Assembly: GCA_035449045.1 (NCBI GenBank)
Contig: DAOTKC010000003.1
Coordinates: 15,343 to 79,342 of the forward strand
Length of the DNA stretch: 64,000 nucleotides
Source of the DNA: Eubacteriales bacterium
GTDB taxonomy: Bacteria > Bacillota > Clostridia > Christensenellales > CAG-917
Direction: 5' to 3'
Of this stretch, positions 50,040-59,486 are shown one piece after another; position 1 is the first letter of the stretch, and each line of letters begins with the position of its first letter. Under the pieces are notes generated by a model, which was given only the letters and a program-made list of their open reading frames with translations, had not been told where the DNA came from and did no database searches. Both the position numbers and the translations under genes were made by a program.

Positions 50040-50181
50040 TTATTGTCTGGCACTCGGTTCTTGGGAAGTTTTTCTGTTTATTAGCCTTTGCTTGCATCCG
50101 CTTTAAATAGCGAACTCTTTTGAGGTTTCTGTGCATTTGGGCGAATTGTCAACTTTGCCGTTATTTTGCGTTGCGCCGATG

Positions 50182-50568
50182 TTAAGTTATAGCGTCTATG
50201 TCGGTGGCGGTGATTTTTATGACGATTTCGTTGGGAAGGCAAATTATCACCCCTCCCCCACTCTTTATCGGCGCCGAATGGACGCAGTCCTGATTGGGGC
50301 AATCCGAGGTTTTAACAAAAACCTTGCCCTCCTCGATTTTCACAATAAATTTACCGTCGCCTTTTACGTCGACTTCCCTGTCCTCCGAAAGCGGCAGCGA
50401 GTAGACAAGTTTTCCGCTCTCGTAAATTTCTACGGTGTTGCCCGCTTTGGGAACGGCGAGCCAGACAGCAAGCCCGATTAGCGCCAAAACGACGGCGAGC
50501 AACAAAAAATCGCCCCATCGGAAGGGCTTTGAACTTTTTATTTCGTTTATTCTGTCTTCAGCTTTCAA
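50182..50568 (-). CDS. NusG domain II-containing membrane-anchored protein (DUF1312-like)
   Basis: One TM helix followed by a beta-rich domain with the motif CPNQDCV...ICLPNEIVIKI. TTG start 7 nt after the apbE stop. Confidence 0.7.
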   Translation of the reverse strand: MKAEDRINEIKSSKPFRWGDFLLLAVVLALIGLAVWLAVPKAGNTVEIYESGKLVYSLPLSEDREVDVKGDGKFIVKIEEGKVFVKTSDCPNQDCVHSAPIKSGGGVIICLPNEIVIKITATDIDAIT

Positions 50569-50575
50569 AATTGGT

Positions 50576-51583
50576 TCAAATTACGGCGAAGATGTAAGCG
50601 GTGTCCGTGAGAGTAAAGCCGTCGGCATTGACTGTATGATAAGTGTTGCTGTCGGTGATGATGACGGCCGAAAGCCCGTAGTATTTTATTAGCGCGGCGC
50701 CCGCTTGGGCGCCCAGCGCCAAGGCGGCGGTGGCTATTGCGTCGCACCTTCCGCCGTCACCCCCCAAGACCGTAACGCTGATTAAGCCCGACGCCGCGGG
50801 ATAGCCCGTCCTGCCGTCGATAATGTGGCAGTAGCGCCTGCTTTCGTCCTCGGCGTCGAGGTAGTAGCGTTCATAGTCGCCCGAGGTCGTAATACTTGAT
50901 AAAACTCTAAGACTGCCGAAATAAGGGAATTCGGAGGCGCGCGGGTTGCCTATTCCTATTTTTTTCGAGTCACCGACGACGTAGATATTGCCGCCTATGT
51001 TGATAAGCCCCTCGGCGTTTTCGACAAGTTTGAAGACTTCCTCGGCGGCGTAGCCCTTGGCAATTGCGCCGAAGTCTATCTTCATTTGGGAATATTTTTT
51101 GGTGACGGTGCCTCTTTCAAAGTCAACCGTAAAATCGAAAAGATAAGTATAGGGCAATAGCGCCGCTATTTCGGAGGCATCGGGCGGCGTAATCTTATCG
51201 CCCTTGATAGTAAAAGTATCGGGAGAAAAGCGCCAAAGCTCGACGAGCGGGAAGACGGCGGGATTGAATGCTCCCTCCGACGCCACGAAAATCTCAAAAG
51301 CTATTTCAAACATTTTGAGGGTGTCGGCCGATACCTTGACCGCTTCGCCCGCTTGCGCTTCGTTGATTTTTTTTACGTCGCTGTTTTCGAGCGATGTCGA
51401 GAGCGTTTTATCGAGCTCGGTAAGCCTATTAATTATGAGACGTTCCGACTTTGCCGCGCCCGCGCCGCTCAAATTTATTTCAACGGTGGTGCCGAAAATG
51501 AAATATTGCTCCTTTCTCGAGCATGCCGAAAAAAGAGCAATCAAAGTAAGAACAATAATTAAAAATAAGGTAAATTTCTTCAT
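50576..51583 (-). CDS. apbE: FAD:protein FMN transferase (ApbE/Ftp) lipoprotein
   Basis: Lipobox LFSAC and ApbE-family motifs (AIAKGYA, GTSGDYERY-like TSGDYERYY). Confidence 0.88.
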   Translation of the reverse strand: MKKFTLFLIIVLTLIALFSACSRKEQYFIFGTTVEINLSGAGAAKSERLIINRLTELDKTLSTSLENSDVKKINEAQAGEAVKVSADTLKMFEIAFEIFVASEGAFNPAVFPLVELWRFSPDTFTIKGDKITPPDASEIAALLPYTYLFDFTVDFERGTVTKKYSQMKIDFGAIAKGYAAEEVFKLVENAEGLINIGGNIYVVGDSKKIGIGNPRASEFPYFGSLRVLSSITTSGDYERYYLDAEDESRRYCHIIDGRTGYPAASGLISVTVLGGDGGRCDAIATAALALGAQAGAALIKYYGLSAVIITDSNTYHTVNADGFTLTDTAYIFAVI

Positions 51584-51677
51584 CTTACGCGTCCCGCGGC
51601 TTTTATTTTATTTTGAGCCGCCCGCGTCCCACTTTTTTACCGCTCAAAAATCTATGCTTGGGCGGATAAAAGTCAGG

Positions 51678-52541
51678 TTATCTGTGGCTGCTCATGTAGA
51701 TGAGGCCGATGGTGCCCGGCCCGCAGTGCGCGCCTATGACAGGCCCCACGGGCTGTTCCCAAATCTCGATATCGGGAAACACCGAAAGAATCTTCTGCTT
51801 CAGTTCGGCGGCGGCCTCCTCGCAATCGGCGTTGACGATGACGACGGGCGCCGAAATGTCGCGGTTGAGCCCGTTGGTTATCTCGTCAACGAGATAGGAA
51901 ATGGCCTTTTTGCTGCCGTTCACCTTGGCGCAGACGTCGAGCTTGCCATCCTCGGTCACTTTGAGCACGGGTTTTATTTTCATCACCGTGCCGAGGAAGG
52001 CTTTGGCGGCCGATATTCTGCCGCCCCACTTTAAGTAGACCATGTCATCTACTATGAAGCGCACCGCGACTTTGCCGACTATTTCGTTTAAATATTCTAC
52101 GGTTTCGGCGACGGTGTGGCCGGCGTTAAAGAACTTGGCGGCGAGATAGACCAAGAGGCCCGCGCCCATCGAAATGTTGAGCGTGTCAAACTTGGTGATT
52201 TTGGCTTTGGGGTATTTTGCCGAAAGCTCCTTGACGGCGGCTTCGTAGCACTGGAAGGTGCCCGAAAGCTCGGATGAAAACGCTATGTAGAGGATTTCCT
52301 CGCCCGCCTTGAAATAAGGCTCGAAAATTTCTTTGTAATTTTCGCTGTTGAGCGCCGAAGTTACGGGCACGCTGCCCTCGCGCATGCGGCGGTAAAAATG
52401 CTTAAAATCGGTGGTTTCGCCCGAATCGTAGTAGTATTCCTTGCCGTCCAAAGTATAGGGCATTTTAATCATTTGAAAGCCCAGCTCTTTAGCGGTAGTC
52501 CACCACAGCTCGCAATCGGTATCCAAAAATAAAACAGCCAT
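51678..52541 (-). CDS. DegV-family fatty-acid-binding protein
   Basis: DegV/EDD fold motifs (TSALNS, SSELSGT, GPGTIGL). ATG at 52541 after GGAGGG; the track begins 13 codons earlier. Confidence 0.88.
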   Translation of the reverse strand: MAVLFLDTDCELWWTTAKELGFQMIKMPYTLDGKEYYYDSGETTDFKHFYRRMREGSVPVTSALNSENYKEIFEPYFKAGEEILYIAFSSELSGTFQCYEAAVKELSAKYPKAKITKFDTLNISMGAGLLVYLAAKFFNAGHTVAETVEYLNEIVGKVAVRFIVDDMVYLKWGGRISAAKAFLGTVMKIKPVLKVTEDGKLDVCAKVNGSKKAISYLVDEITNGLNRDISAPVVIVNADCEEAAAELKQKILSVFPDIEIWEQPVGPVIGAHCGPGTIGLIYMSSHR

Positions 52542-52647
52542 TTTCCCTCCGAAAATTTTAGTAAACAAATTATAGCACACTAAAATTTATTTTTCAACTG
52601 CATAAAAAAGCGCGGTTTTTACAGTTATTTACAAAACGCAAAGCTTG

Positions 52648-53835
52648 CTATTTAATCTTGGAGCGCGGGTTAACGTCGTTGTTGAAGCCCTTGCCCACTA
52701 TGTCGTGAAGCTCGGTTACGTAGTAGAACGCCTCGGGGTCGACCAAGCTTATATACCGTTTGAGATGAAGCGCCTGACGCTTTCGGACGACGCATACGAG
52801 GTAATTAACGGGATTGCCAGTATACATCCCTATCCCGTCGATATGTGTGACGCCGTGGTGAAGCTGGCTTAGGACGAAGCGCGTAATCTCCTCTTCCTTT
52901 TTGGTTATTATCTTAAATTCCAGCGTCGAAACGAAGGTGCGCTGCATGAACTCGGCGGCAAAACTCGACATAAAGATGGTTATTAGTGAGTAGATGGCGA
53001 GCTCGAGCGAGCCGAACACAATGCCTGCCGATGCCGCGACGCAGGCGTCCATGATGAAGACGAGCCAGACTACCTTGAAGTTGGGAAAGCGGTTTTGAAT
53101 TAAAAGCCCCACTATGTCGCTACCGCCCGAGGAGCAGTTGATGCGAAGCAGCAGCGAAAGCGAAATGCCGCTGAGTATGCCGCCGACAAGCGCCGCCACC
53201 AAAACGTTGCCGGTGAAAGTAGGAATGGGCAAATAGGTGAAAAGCTGCATTAGGCCGGTGAAGACCGCCGTCGAAATCGTGGTCGCTATGACGAAACGCT
53301 TGTTGATGAAAAAGAAAGCAAGAACCATCAGCGGAATATTCATTACTAAAATGACTAGCGGCGCGTTCCAGCCCAGCGTGTTGTAGAGTATGGACGCTAT
53401 GCCCGATATTCCGCCCGGCGCGATTTTGTTGGGCAGCACGAAGACGTTCATCGATATCGCGCGGATAATGCTGACGAGAATTATATAAAAGCCCTGCTTG
53501 AAAGGCGGCGTCTTCTCCAAAGCCTGTTCGGCGCTCTCGGCGTCGGCAGGGTAAGGCCTGAGCGCGCCGAGAAATTTTTTAAATGTCTTTGAAAAGGCAT
53601 TGCCGACGGCATCTTCCGACGATGCCCCGCATTCTTCCTCGGTATCGGGCGCTTTATAAGGCGTATAAGTTTTTACCGCAGGTGATACGCCGAAGCCGCC
53701 GTTGGCCTCGATAAGGCCGCCGGCAGACTCTTTCTTTTCGATTTTTGCGCCATTATCTATATTGCCGGCATTCTCAAGACTGCCGTTTTCGAATTTTCCC
53801 GATGTTTCGGTTATATTTTTATCCTCGGTTTCCAT
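52648..53835 (-). CDS. YitT-family membrane protein (DUF2179 C-terminal domain) with a ~125-aa hydrophilic N-terminal extension
   Basis: YitT core (FVLPNKIAPGGISGIASIL, ...SSGGSDIVG...) and a C-terminal DUF2179-like domain. Confidence 0.85.
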   Translation of the reverse strand: METEDKNITETSGKFENGSLENAGNIDNGAKIEKKESAGGLIEANGGFGVSPAVKTYTPYKAPDTEEECGASSEDAVGNAFSKTFKKFLGALRPYPADAESAEQALEKTPPFKQGFYIILVSIIRAISMNVFVLPNKIAPGGISGIASILYNTLGWNAPLVILVMNIPLMVLAFFFINKRFVIATTISTAVFTGLMQLFTYLPIPTFTGNVLVAALVGGILSGISLSLLLRINCSSGGSDIVGLLIQNRFPNFKVVWLVFIMDACVAASAGIVFGSLELAIYSLITIFMSSFAAEFMQRTFVSTLEFKIITKKEEEITRFVLSQLHHGVTHIDGIGMYTGNPVNYLVCVVRKRQALHLKRYISLVDPEAFYYVTELHDIVGKGFNNDVNPRSKIK

Positions 53836-53854
53836 ACCGCTTCCCTATACCTTA

Positions 53855-54925
53855 TTAATCCTCGTAGCCGTTCAAAAACAGGCTGTCCTCAAGGCGGTAG
53901 TAGTCGCCCTCTTTTACTATTCCGACGCAGTGCTCCTTCATCAGCTCAAATAGCCGCGCGCTGTCAATCAGCATGATGTTTTTGACCTTGGACTGGAGCA
54001 GCCGCGTTTCCTTGGTGAAGTTGCTGTTGGTGATGAGCACGCCCTTTGTCGCGCCGAAGGCGGTAACGACACCTATTAACTCGCGGATTACCTTGACCGA
54101 AACGTAGGCGCGCGAGTTGAGCTTGGTTTTGGACTGGAAGAAGATTTTATCGATGAAGCCCAAGCCGTCCTCCACCGTTAAAATGCCGTCTATTCCTTGG
54201 TCCTCGGGGCCTGCCGTCAGCTCCTCGCTCTTGACGGCGGCGCCGTAGCAGGATTTTAAAAGTTTCATCGACATTTGCTCGAAAAACTCTCCGCCGGCAA
54301 GATTTATGCACTCGATTGCGAGCTTTTTCAAGCGGTTGTTGTATTCCTCGGCCTTGAGCTTTTTGGCGCGGAGCTTCTCTAAGTTGTCGTCGCCCGTCTT
54401 TAGGAGCTTTCCCATCGGGGTGGCGGGATATTTATCGGGATCTTTTAAAATATACTTTTTGACCGATTCGTTCTCTAAAAACTCTTCCTCGATTTCGGAG
54501 AGCACCGATATGCCCTTGTGGGCAATGCTGTTGTCGGCCGATTTTCTCTTGATTATCTGGCCTAAAATGGCTTTCAGTTTATTTTTTTTGCCGCTCGGGC
54601 TGTTGTTCTTAACGTCCTCGGGCGTCAGGTATTTTTTGATGAAATATTCCTGAATTTCCTTTTCGGTGATGGGGATAACGTTCTTTTTCACGAGGTTGTC
54701 CTCGTCCAGCGTCAGAATGTTGGAGTTAATCAGCTCGTTGATGACGACGCCGGTCAGGCTCTTTAGGCGCGACGACAGGCTTTCGCAGCTGTGGTCGGCA
54801 AGCTCCTCGGCGGAATAGCCGAGGTTTTTTATCGTTTCGCTTATCAAAAGCTTGCGCTTTAATTTTGTTCCGTCGGCGAGAATCTTTAAAAGCTCCTCGC
54901 TGATTTTTAATTTTTCAGTCGTCAT
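53855..54925 (-). CDS. mrr: Mrr-family (type IV-like) restriction endonuclease
   Basis: C-terminal Mrr_cat-type PD-(D/E)XK core (GPEDQGIDGI...FFQSKTK...GVLITNSNFTKE). N-terminal winged-helix-like segment and a ~100-aa Lys-rich linker. No adjacent methyltransferase. Confidence 0.75.
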   Translation of the reverse strand: MTTEKLKISEELLKILADGTKLKRKLLISETIKNLGYSAEELADHSCESLSSRLKSLTGVVINELINSNILTLDEDNLVKKNVIPITEKEIQEYFIKKYLTPEDVKNNSPSGKKNKLKAILGQIIKRKSADNSIAHKGISVLSEIEEEFLENESVKKYILKDPDKYPATPMGKLLKTGDDNLEKLRAKKLKAEEYNNRLKKLAIECINLAGGEFFEQMSMKLLKSCYGAAVKSEELTAGPEDQGIDGILTVEDGLGFIDKIFFQSKTKLNSRAYVSVKVIRELIGVVTAFGATKGVLITNSNFTKETRLLQSKVKNIMLIDSARLFELMKEHCVGIVKEGDYYRLEDSLFLNGYED

Positions 54926-54987
54926 TATATCTCTTTTATCGTTATTCGATTTTTTTATTTAGATTTAATTTAGGTGGTAATATTTTT

Positions 54988-55030
54988 AATCCACAATTAT
55001 TCATTATTAATTATTAATTATTAATTATTT
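54988..55030 (+). repeat. copy A of the AATCCACAATTATTCATTATT plus (AATTATT)n repeat family
   Basis: Reads AATCCACAATTATTCATTATTAATTATTAATTATTAATTATTT. Lies in the recN-mrr spacer and overlaps the last codons and stop of recN. Confidence 0.85.
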
Positions 55031-56736
55031 GTTCGGCGCAGCCGCTTATATTCCGCCGCGTGAGCAAGCATGCTTTTTGCGTGCTTTTCGGCAAACTCGC
55101 TGTAATCTCCCCCGCCCGAAAGCCTCGCTATTTCGGCGACCAGCGCCGCTTCGTCCAAGACCTTGAGTTTGGTCAGCGTTTTGCCGTTTTCGACAACCTT
55201 GGTAATGAGGTAGGACGCGTCCGCCATCGATGCAAGCTGGGGAAGGTGCGTCACCGCGACGACCTGCCGCTCCGCAGAAATGTTGTAGAGTTTTTGGGCG
55301 ACGACCTCGGCCATGGCGCCCGAAATTCCCGAGTCAATCTCGTCGAAGACCATCGTCGCTATGTTTTCGAGGGATGCCGTGATGTTTTTCAGTGCCAACA
55401 TAAAGCGCGACATCTCGCCGCCCGATATGATTTTGGCAAGCGGTTTCAGCGGCTCGCCGATATTGGGCGAAATTAAAAATTCAACGGAATCACAGCCGTC
55501 CTCGCGCGCCGATTTAATGACGTCGTCGTCGCTTATTTCGGCAAAGGACACCGAAAACCGAGAGTTTCCCATGCCTAAATCTTTAAGCTCCTTAGTGACG
55601 TCGCCCTCAAAGCTTTGCGCCGCAGCTTTCCGCGCTTTCGTCAGGCGCGACAGCGCGATGACAAGCGCTTCCGACGCCGCTTCCAGCTCTTTTCCGAGCG
55701 CGGCTACTCGCTCCTCGGCGTTTTGAAGAAAATTGAGCTCAACTTCGGCCGAAGCCAAAAAGCGGTTGACCGCTTCGGCTGTGCCGCCGTATTTTTTCAG
55801 TATCGCGCGGATTTTTTGAATCCGCTCTTCAATCGCGGCTTCTTTGCGTTCGTCATATTCCAGATTTCCCGCAATATCTTTAAGAGATTTCGATATATCC
55901 TTAAGTTCTATTTTGGCACCTTCGAGCCTCTCTGCCAACGCCGCAATTTCTTCGTCGAAAGCCGAAACCCTTAAAAGAGAGTTTAGCGCTTGTCCGAGGG
56001 ATGCCAGCGCCGAATAGGAGGAGGCGCCGTTTAACGCGTCATACGCCGTGCCTAAGCCTTCGCCGATGACGCCTAAATTTTGGAGGCGTTTCCGTTCGGC
56101 AAGAAGGGCGTCAAGCTCGCCTTCTTTGACGGAAGCGGACTTTATCTCTTCAATTTGATAGGTTAAAACGTCGATTTTGCGCTCACGCTCGCTAGAGTCG
56201 CCGATTGAAGCTATCTCGGACTCAAGCTTTTTATAGTGCGAATACGCTCGAGCGGCCGCCTTTTTTAATGGGGATATAGCGTCGCGGCCGTAGGCGTCTA
56301 AAAGCTCAAGGTGAAAGTCGGGGTTCAACAAAAACTGGTGCTCGTGCTGGCCGTGGATGTCGGCCAAAAGCGCCGTCAAACCCTTTAGCGTCGACAGGCT
56401 GACCTGCCGATTGTTTATGCGGCACTCGTTTTTCCCCTCCGCCGTCATGACGCGCCTAAGAATGAGGACGTCGTCGTCCGAAATACCGATATCATTTAAA
56501 TATCCCGCTACGGCGGGCGTTATAAAATCAACAAAAACCGCCTCGACCGAAGCGCTCTTCTCGCTGTGGCGGATTAATGTGCGGTCGGCGCGTTCGCCCA
56601 AAACGAAATTGAGGCTGTCGATGATTATCGACTTGCCCGCGCCCGTTTCACCGCTCAGAATATTGAGGCCGGAAAACAGCTCGAGCCCGATATCGTCAAT
56701 CAGCGCGATATTTTTTATGGTGAGGGTTTTTAACAT
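55021..56736 (-). CDS. recN: DNA repair protein RecN
   Basis: SMC-like Walker A (GETGAGKSIIIDSL), coiled-coil, signature motif and Walker B. Confidence 0.96.
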   Translation of the reverse strand: MLKTLTIKNIALIDDIGLELFSGLNILSGETGAGKSIIIDSLNFVLGERADRTLIRHSEKSASVEAVFVDFITPAVAGYLNDIGISDDDVLILRRVMTAEGKNECRINNRQVSLSTLKGLTALLADIHGQHEHQFLLNPDFHLELLDAYGRDAISPLKKAAARAYSHYKKLESEIASIGDSSERERKIDVLTYQIEEIKSASVKEGELDALLAERKRLQNLGVIGEGLGTAYDALNGASSYSALASLGQALNSLLRVSAFDEEIAALAERLEGAKIELKDISKSLKDIAGNLEYDERKEAAIEERIQKIRAILKKYGGTAEAVNRFLASAEVELNFLQNAEERVAALGKELEAASEALVIALSRLTKARKAAAQSFEGDVTKELKDLGMGNSRFSVSFAEISDDDVIKSAREDGCDSVEFLISPNIGEPLKPLAKIISGGEMSRFMLALKNITASLENIATMVFDEIDSGISGAMAEVVAQKLYNISAERQVVAVTHLPQLASMADASYLITKVVENGKTLTKLKVLDEAALVAEIARLSGGGDYSEFAEKHAKSMLAHAAEYKRLRRTNN

Positions 56737-56773
56737 ATAACCAAGGCGGATTGCTCCGCTTTAAGCAAGAGGC

Positions 56774-57226
56774 TTAGTTCATAAACTCGGTCAGCATCTG
56801 CATGACGTGCGGCACCGAGGCCTTGGACGTCACCACGGCGATGATGGTATCGTCGCCCGCTACCACTCCCAAAACGTCGTTGACATTCATCTTGTCGATG
56901 AGGGCGGCAGCCGAGTTGGCGCTGCCGGGAAGCGTCTTTAAAACGACGATATTCTCGGAGGACGATATGGACAACACCGAGCTTTTGAACAGCGTGAACA
57001 GCTTTTGCTCGCTCTTGTCGCCCTGCGGCGCGTGGTAGATATACTTATAGCGCTTGTTGTCGCCCAAAACCTTGACGAGCCCGAGCTCTTTAATGTCGCG
57101 CGACACCGTCGCTTGCGTCGCCTTAACCCCCTCGGCGTTGAGCATTCTGACCAGCGTCTCCTGCTTGTCGATATCGTGCTTTGAAATTAACTCCAAAATG
57201 CGGATTTGTCTGTCGTTTCTCGACAT
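56774..57226 (-). CDS. argR: arginine repressor ArgR/AhrC
   Basis: Winged-helix N-terminus (RQIRILELI...TQATVSRDIKEL) and a C-terminal oligomerisation domain (GTIAGDDTI-like VVAGDDTII). Confidence 0.94.
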   Translation of the reverse strand: MSRNDRQIRILELISKHDIDKQETLVRMLNAEGVKATQATVSRDIKELGLVKVLGDNKRYKYIYHAPQGDKSEQKLFTLFKSSVLSISSSENIVVLKTLPGSANSAAALIDKMNVNDVLGVVAGDDTIIAVVTSKASVPHVMQMLTEFMN

Positions 57227-57229
57227 AAT

Positions 57230-58042
57230 TTACTCCTTGGCGGCCGACCAGCCGCGCAGTTTGTTGATTATTCTGTCATAAAAGTTTTCGTCTTTGAATC
57301 TAATGAACTTTTGTTTGAGTTCGGAAACCTTGATTTCGACGCTTTCCGAAGAGAGCTCGGCAACCAACCTGCCGTCGACGGCCGCCTGCATTTTTATGGG
57401 CGGGTTTTTGGCGCGGACGGTGATTTTGTGATGTCCCGACAAGACGATGGGCCGGCTGTAAAGAGTGTGGGGGCAGATGGGGCTTATGACGACGCCGAAG
57501 ACGTCGGAGCCCACGACAGGCCCGCCCGCCGAAAGCGAATAGGCGGTTGAGCCCGTCGGTGTCGAAACTATTATGCCGTCGGAAACAAAGCCGTCCAAAA
57601 GCATGCCGTCGATGTAGACCTCGGTGACGACCGGCCGCGTGTTGGCGCCCTTGGACAGCACGAAGTCGTTTAGTGCGATATGCTTAATTCCCAGCACGTC
57701 GGCCTCAAGCAGCAACTTTTCCTCAATAAAATAGTCGCCTTCAAGATATTTATTGAAGCATTCAATGGCCTCGCCCGGCTCGGCGGAGGCCAGAAAGCCG
57801 ATCTTGCCTATGTTGACGCCGAGAATGGGCACAGCCGAAGTCGACGTTGCCTCGACAACCTGAAGTATGGTGCCGTCGCCGCCGAAAGCCACCGCCAAAT
57901 CCAAGCCAGCCGCGCTTTCGCGACGGTCGGGTTCGATCATTCTAATTTCCGCCCCGAGTCCCCTCAGATAATCGGTGAAAGCGGTGATCGCCATATTGCC
58001 GCGGTCGCGGCTTTCATAATAAAAAATACCGACTTTTTTCAT
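57230..58042 (-). CDS. nadK: NAD kinase
   Basis: GGDGT motif and the NE/D...TPTGSTAY motif. ATG at 58042; the track begins 15 codons earlier. Confidence 0.93.
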   Translation of the reverse strand: MKKVGIFYYESRDRGNMAITAFTDYLRGLGAEIRMIEPDRRESAAGLDLAVAFGGDGTILQVVEATSTSAVPILGVNIGKIGFLASAEPGEAIECFNKYLEGDYFIEEKLLLEADVLGIKHIALNDFVLSKGANTRPVVTEVYIDGMLLDGFVSDGIIVSTPTGSTAYSLSAGGPVVGSDVFGVVISPICPHTLYSRPIVLSGHHKITVRAKNPPIKMQAAVDGRLVAELSSESVEIKVSELKQKFIRFKDENFYDRIINKLRGWSAAKE

Positions 58043-58349
58043 TTGTCCACCACTCCGCATTATATATCGGACTGAAAAAAAATGCAAACATTTTTGCCAT
58101 TATTTACGCATACTTTGTGCATATTGAATGAATATTTTGAATTTTCTTAGCTTCTCTAATCCTTTGACACCGCTTTACAACACGTTCTATTTAGCTTGTT
58201 TTAACTAAAATTGTCCTAACTTTATAAAATTAATAAATTATCGCTTGCGCCTTTTCGTCGAACCTTAAGCAAATGCGAGATTTTGCTTCCGCTTTTTTAC
58301 AGTAATATTTCGGGCGGATAATAAGACACTAGAAAAAGCGAGGCAGTCT

Positions 58350-59486
58350 ATGAGAAAACTTTTTTTATTTTTTGCGGCCATACTCAGTTTAGCTTCAATC
58401 TTCGCGGCGGTCACTTCTTCCGCCGCCATATTTTCTTTTTCATCGGCGGAGGGGGCGGCCGAGATTTTAGGCCTCAAAATTGACGAAGGGTTAATTACTA
58501 AAATTAAAGAACATTTCGACAAGGAGCCTGCGGCCTCGGGCGGCGAGGAGGTCTATTTGGGCGGCGTTCCCGTTGGCGTCGAGCTGTTCGGCGACGGCGT
58601 CAAAATCATTAAAATTTTGGACGTCATAACCAGCAAGGGCGCGATATCGCCGCTCGCGGGAAAAAACATCGAGGCGGGCGACGTCATCACCCATATCAAC
58701 GGCCACATCGTCCGCTCGGTGGGCGAAGTCAAGGAGCGGTTGCTGGGCTCGGCCGGTCAGGTTACTTTGAGCGTCAAGCGCGGCGATACCTCCTTCACCG
58801 TTTCGGTCACGCCCGCGATTGATGCCGCGACAGGCCTTAGGAAGCTCGGCATCGAGCTTGAAAACAACACCAGCGGCATAGGCACTCTCACTTTCATAAG
58901 AAAAAACGGCCGCTTCGGCGCGCTGGGGCATAAGATTGCCGCCGAAGGCAAGCCCGCGCGCGGGCACGGCAATATTTATTTCGCGCGCATAAATTCCATC
59001 AGGCGCGGCGAAAAGGGCTGCGCGGGCGCGCTTCTCGGCAACTATCCCGTCAAGCGCAAAATCGGTGCGATTGACAAAAACGGGCCCTTCGGCATCTACG
59101 GCGATTGGAACAATCCCCCGCTCAAAACCACGGTATCGGTGGGCAGCCGCGACAAAGTGACGACGGGCGCCGCCCAAATCTATACCACAGTCAAGGGCGG
59201 GCGTCCCGAGCTTTACGACATAGAAATTATCAAAGCGTCGGAGCAAAGCGCGCCCGAAGAAAAGGGGTTGATGATAGTCATCACCGATAAACGGCTGATT
59301 GAGGCGACGGGCGGCATCGTGCAGGGAATGAGCGGAAGCCCCATTCTTCAAAACGGGCTTTTGGTGGGCGCGGTCACGCACGTGCTGACGGGCGAGCCGA
59401 CCAAAGGCTACGGCGTCTATATCGACTGGATGTTGCTTGAAAGCACGGCGGCCTACGGCAACGGCGAGATTGAGATTGCAGCGTAG
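58350..59486 (+). CDS. spoIVB: SpoIVB peptidase (stage IV sporulation signalling protease, S55)
   Basis: Signal/TM segment, PDZ domain, GTLTFI...FGALGH and the catalytic Ser motif GMSGSPI. Confidence 0.92.
   Translation: MRKLFLFFAAILSLASIFAAVTSSAAIFSFSSAEGAAEILGLKIDEGLITKIKEHFDKEPAASGGEEVYLGGVPVGVELFGDGVKIIKILDVITSKGAISPLAGKNIEAGDVITHINGHIVRSVGEVKERLLGSAGQVTLSVKRGDTSFTVSVTPAIDAATGLRKLGIELENNTSGIGTLTFIRKNGRFGALGHKIAAEGKPARGHGNIYFARINSIRRGEKGCAGALLGNYPVKRKIGAIDKNGPFGIYGDWNNPPLKTTVSVGSRDKVTTGAAQIYTTVKGGRPELYDIEIIKASEQSAPEEKGLMIVITDKRLIEATGGIVQGMSGSPILQNGLLVGAVTHVLTGEPTKGYGVYIDWMLLESTAAYGNGEIEIAA

Noticed and set aside
51204-52034. 276-aa plus-strand ORF spanning the apbE 5' end and the degV 3' end
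   Set aside because: It is antisense to two well-supported genes and crosses their intergenic spacer. It has low-complexity composition and no RBS.
51678-54925. Genomic island or prophage remnant around mrr
   Set aside because: There is no integrase, tRNA or phage gene. The base composition of mrr, yitT and degV does not look different by eye from the flanking core genes. Only the repeat copy at 54988-55030 marks a boundary.
58088-58349. Sigma-G/sigma-F forespore promoter for spoIVB (GCATA / CATACTT-like words)
   Set aside because: I could not find a -35/-10 pair with the required 15-18 nt spacing. The matches are partial and more than 200 nt from the start codon.
58491-59381. 296-aa minus-strand ORF
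   Set aside because: It is antisense to spoIVB, which has clear PDZ and S55 motifs. It is Arg/Ala-rich shadow sequence.
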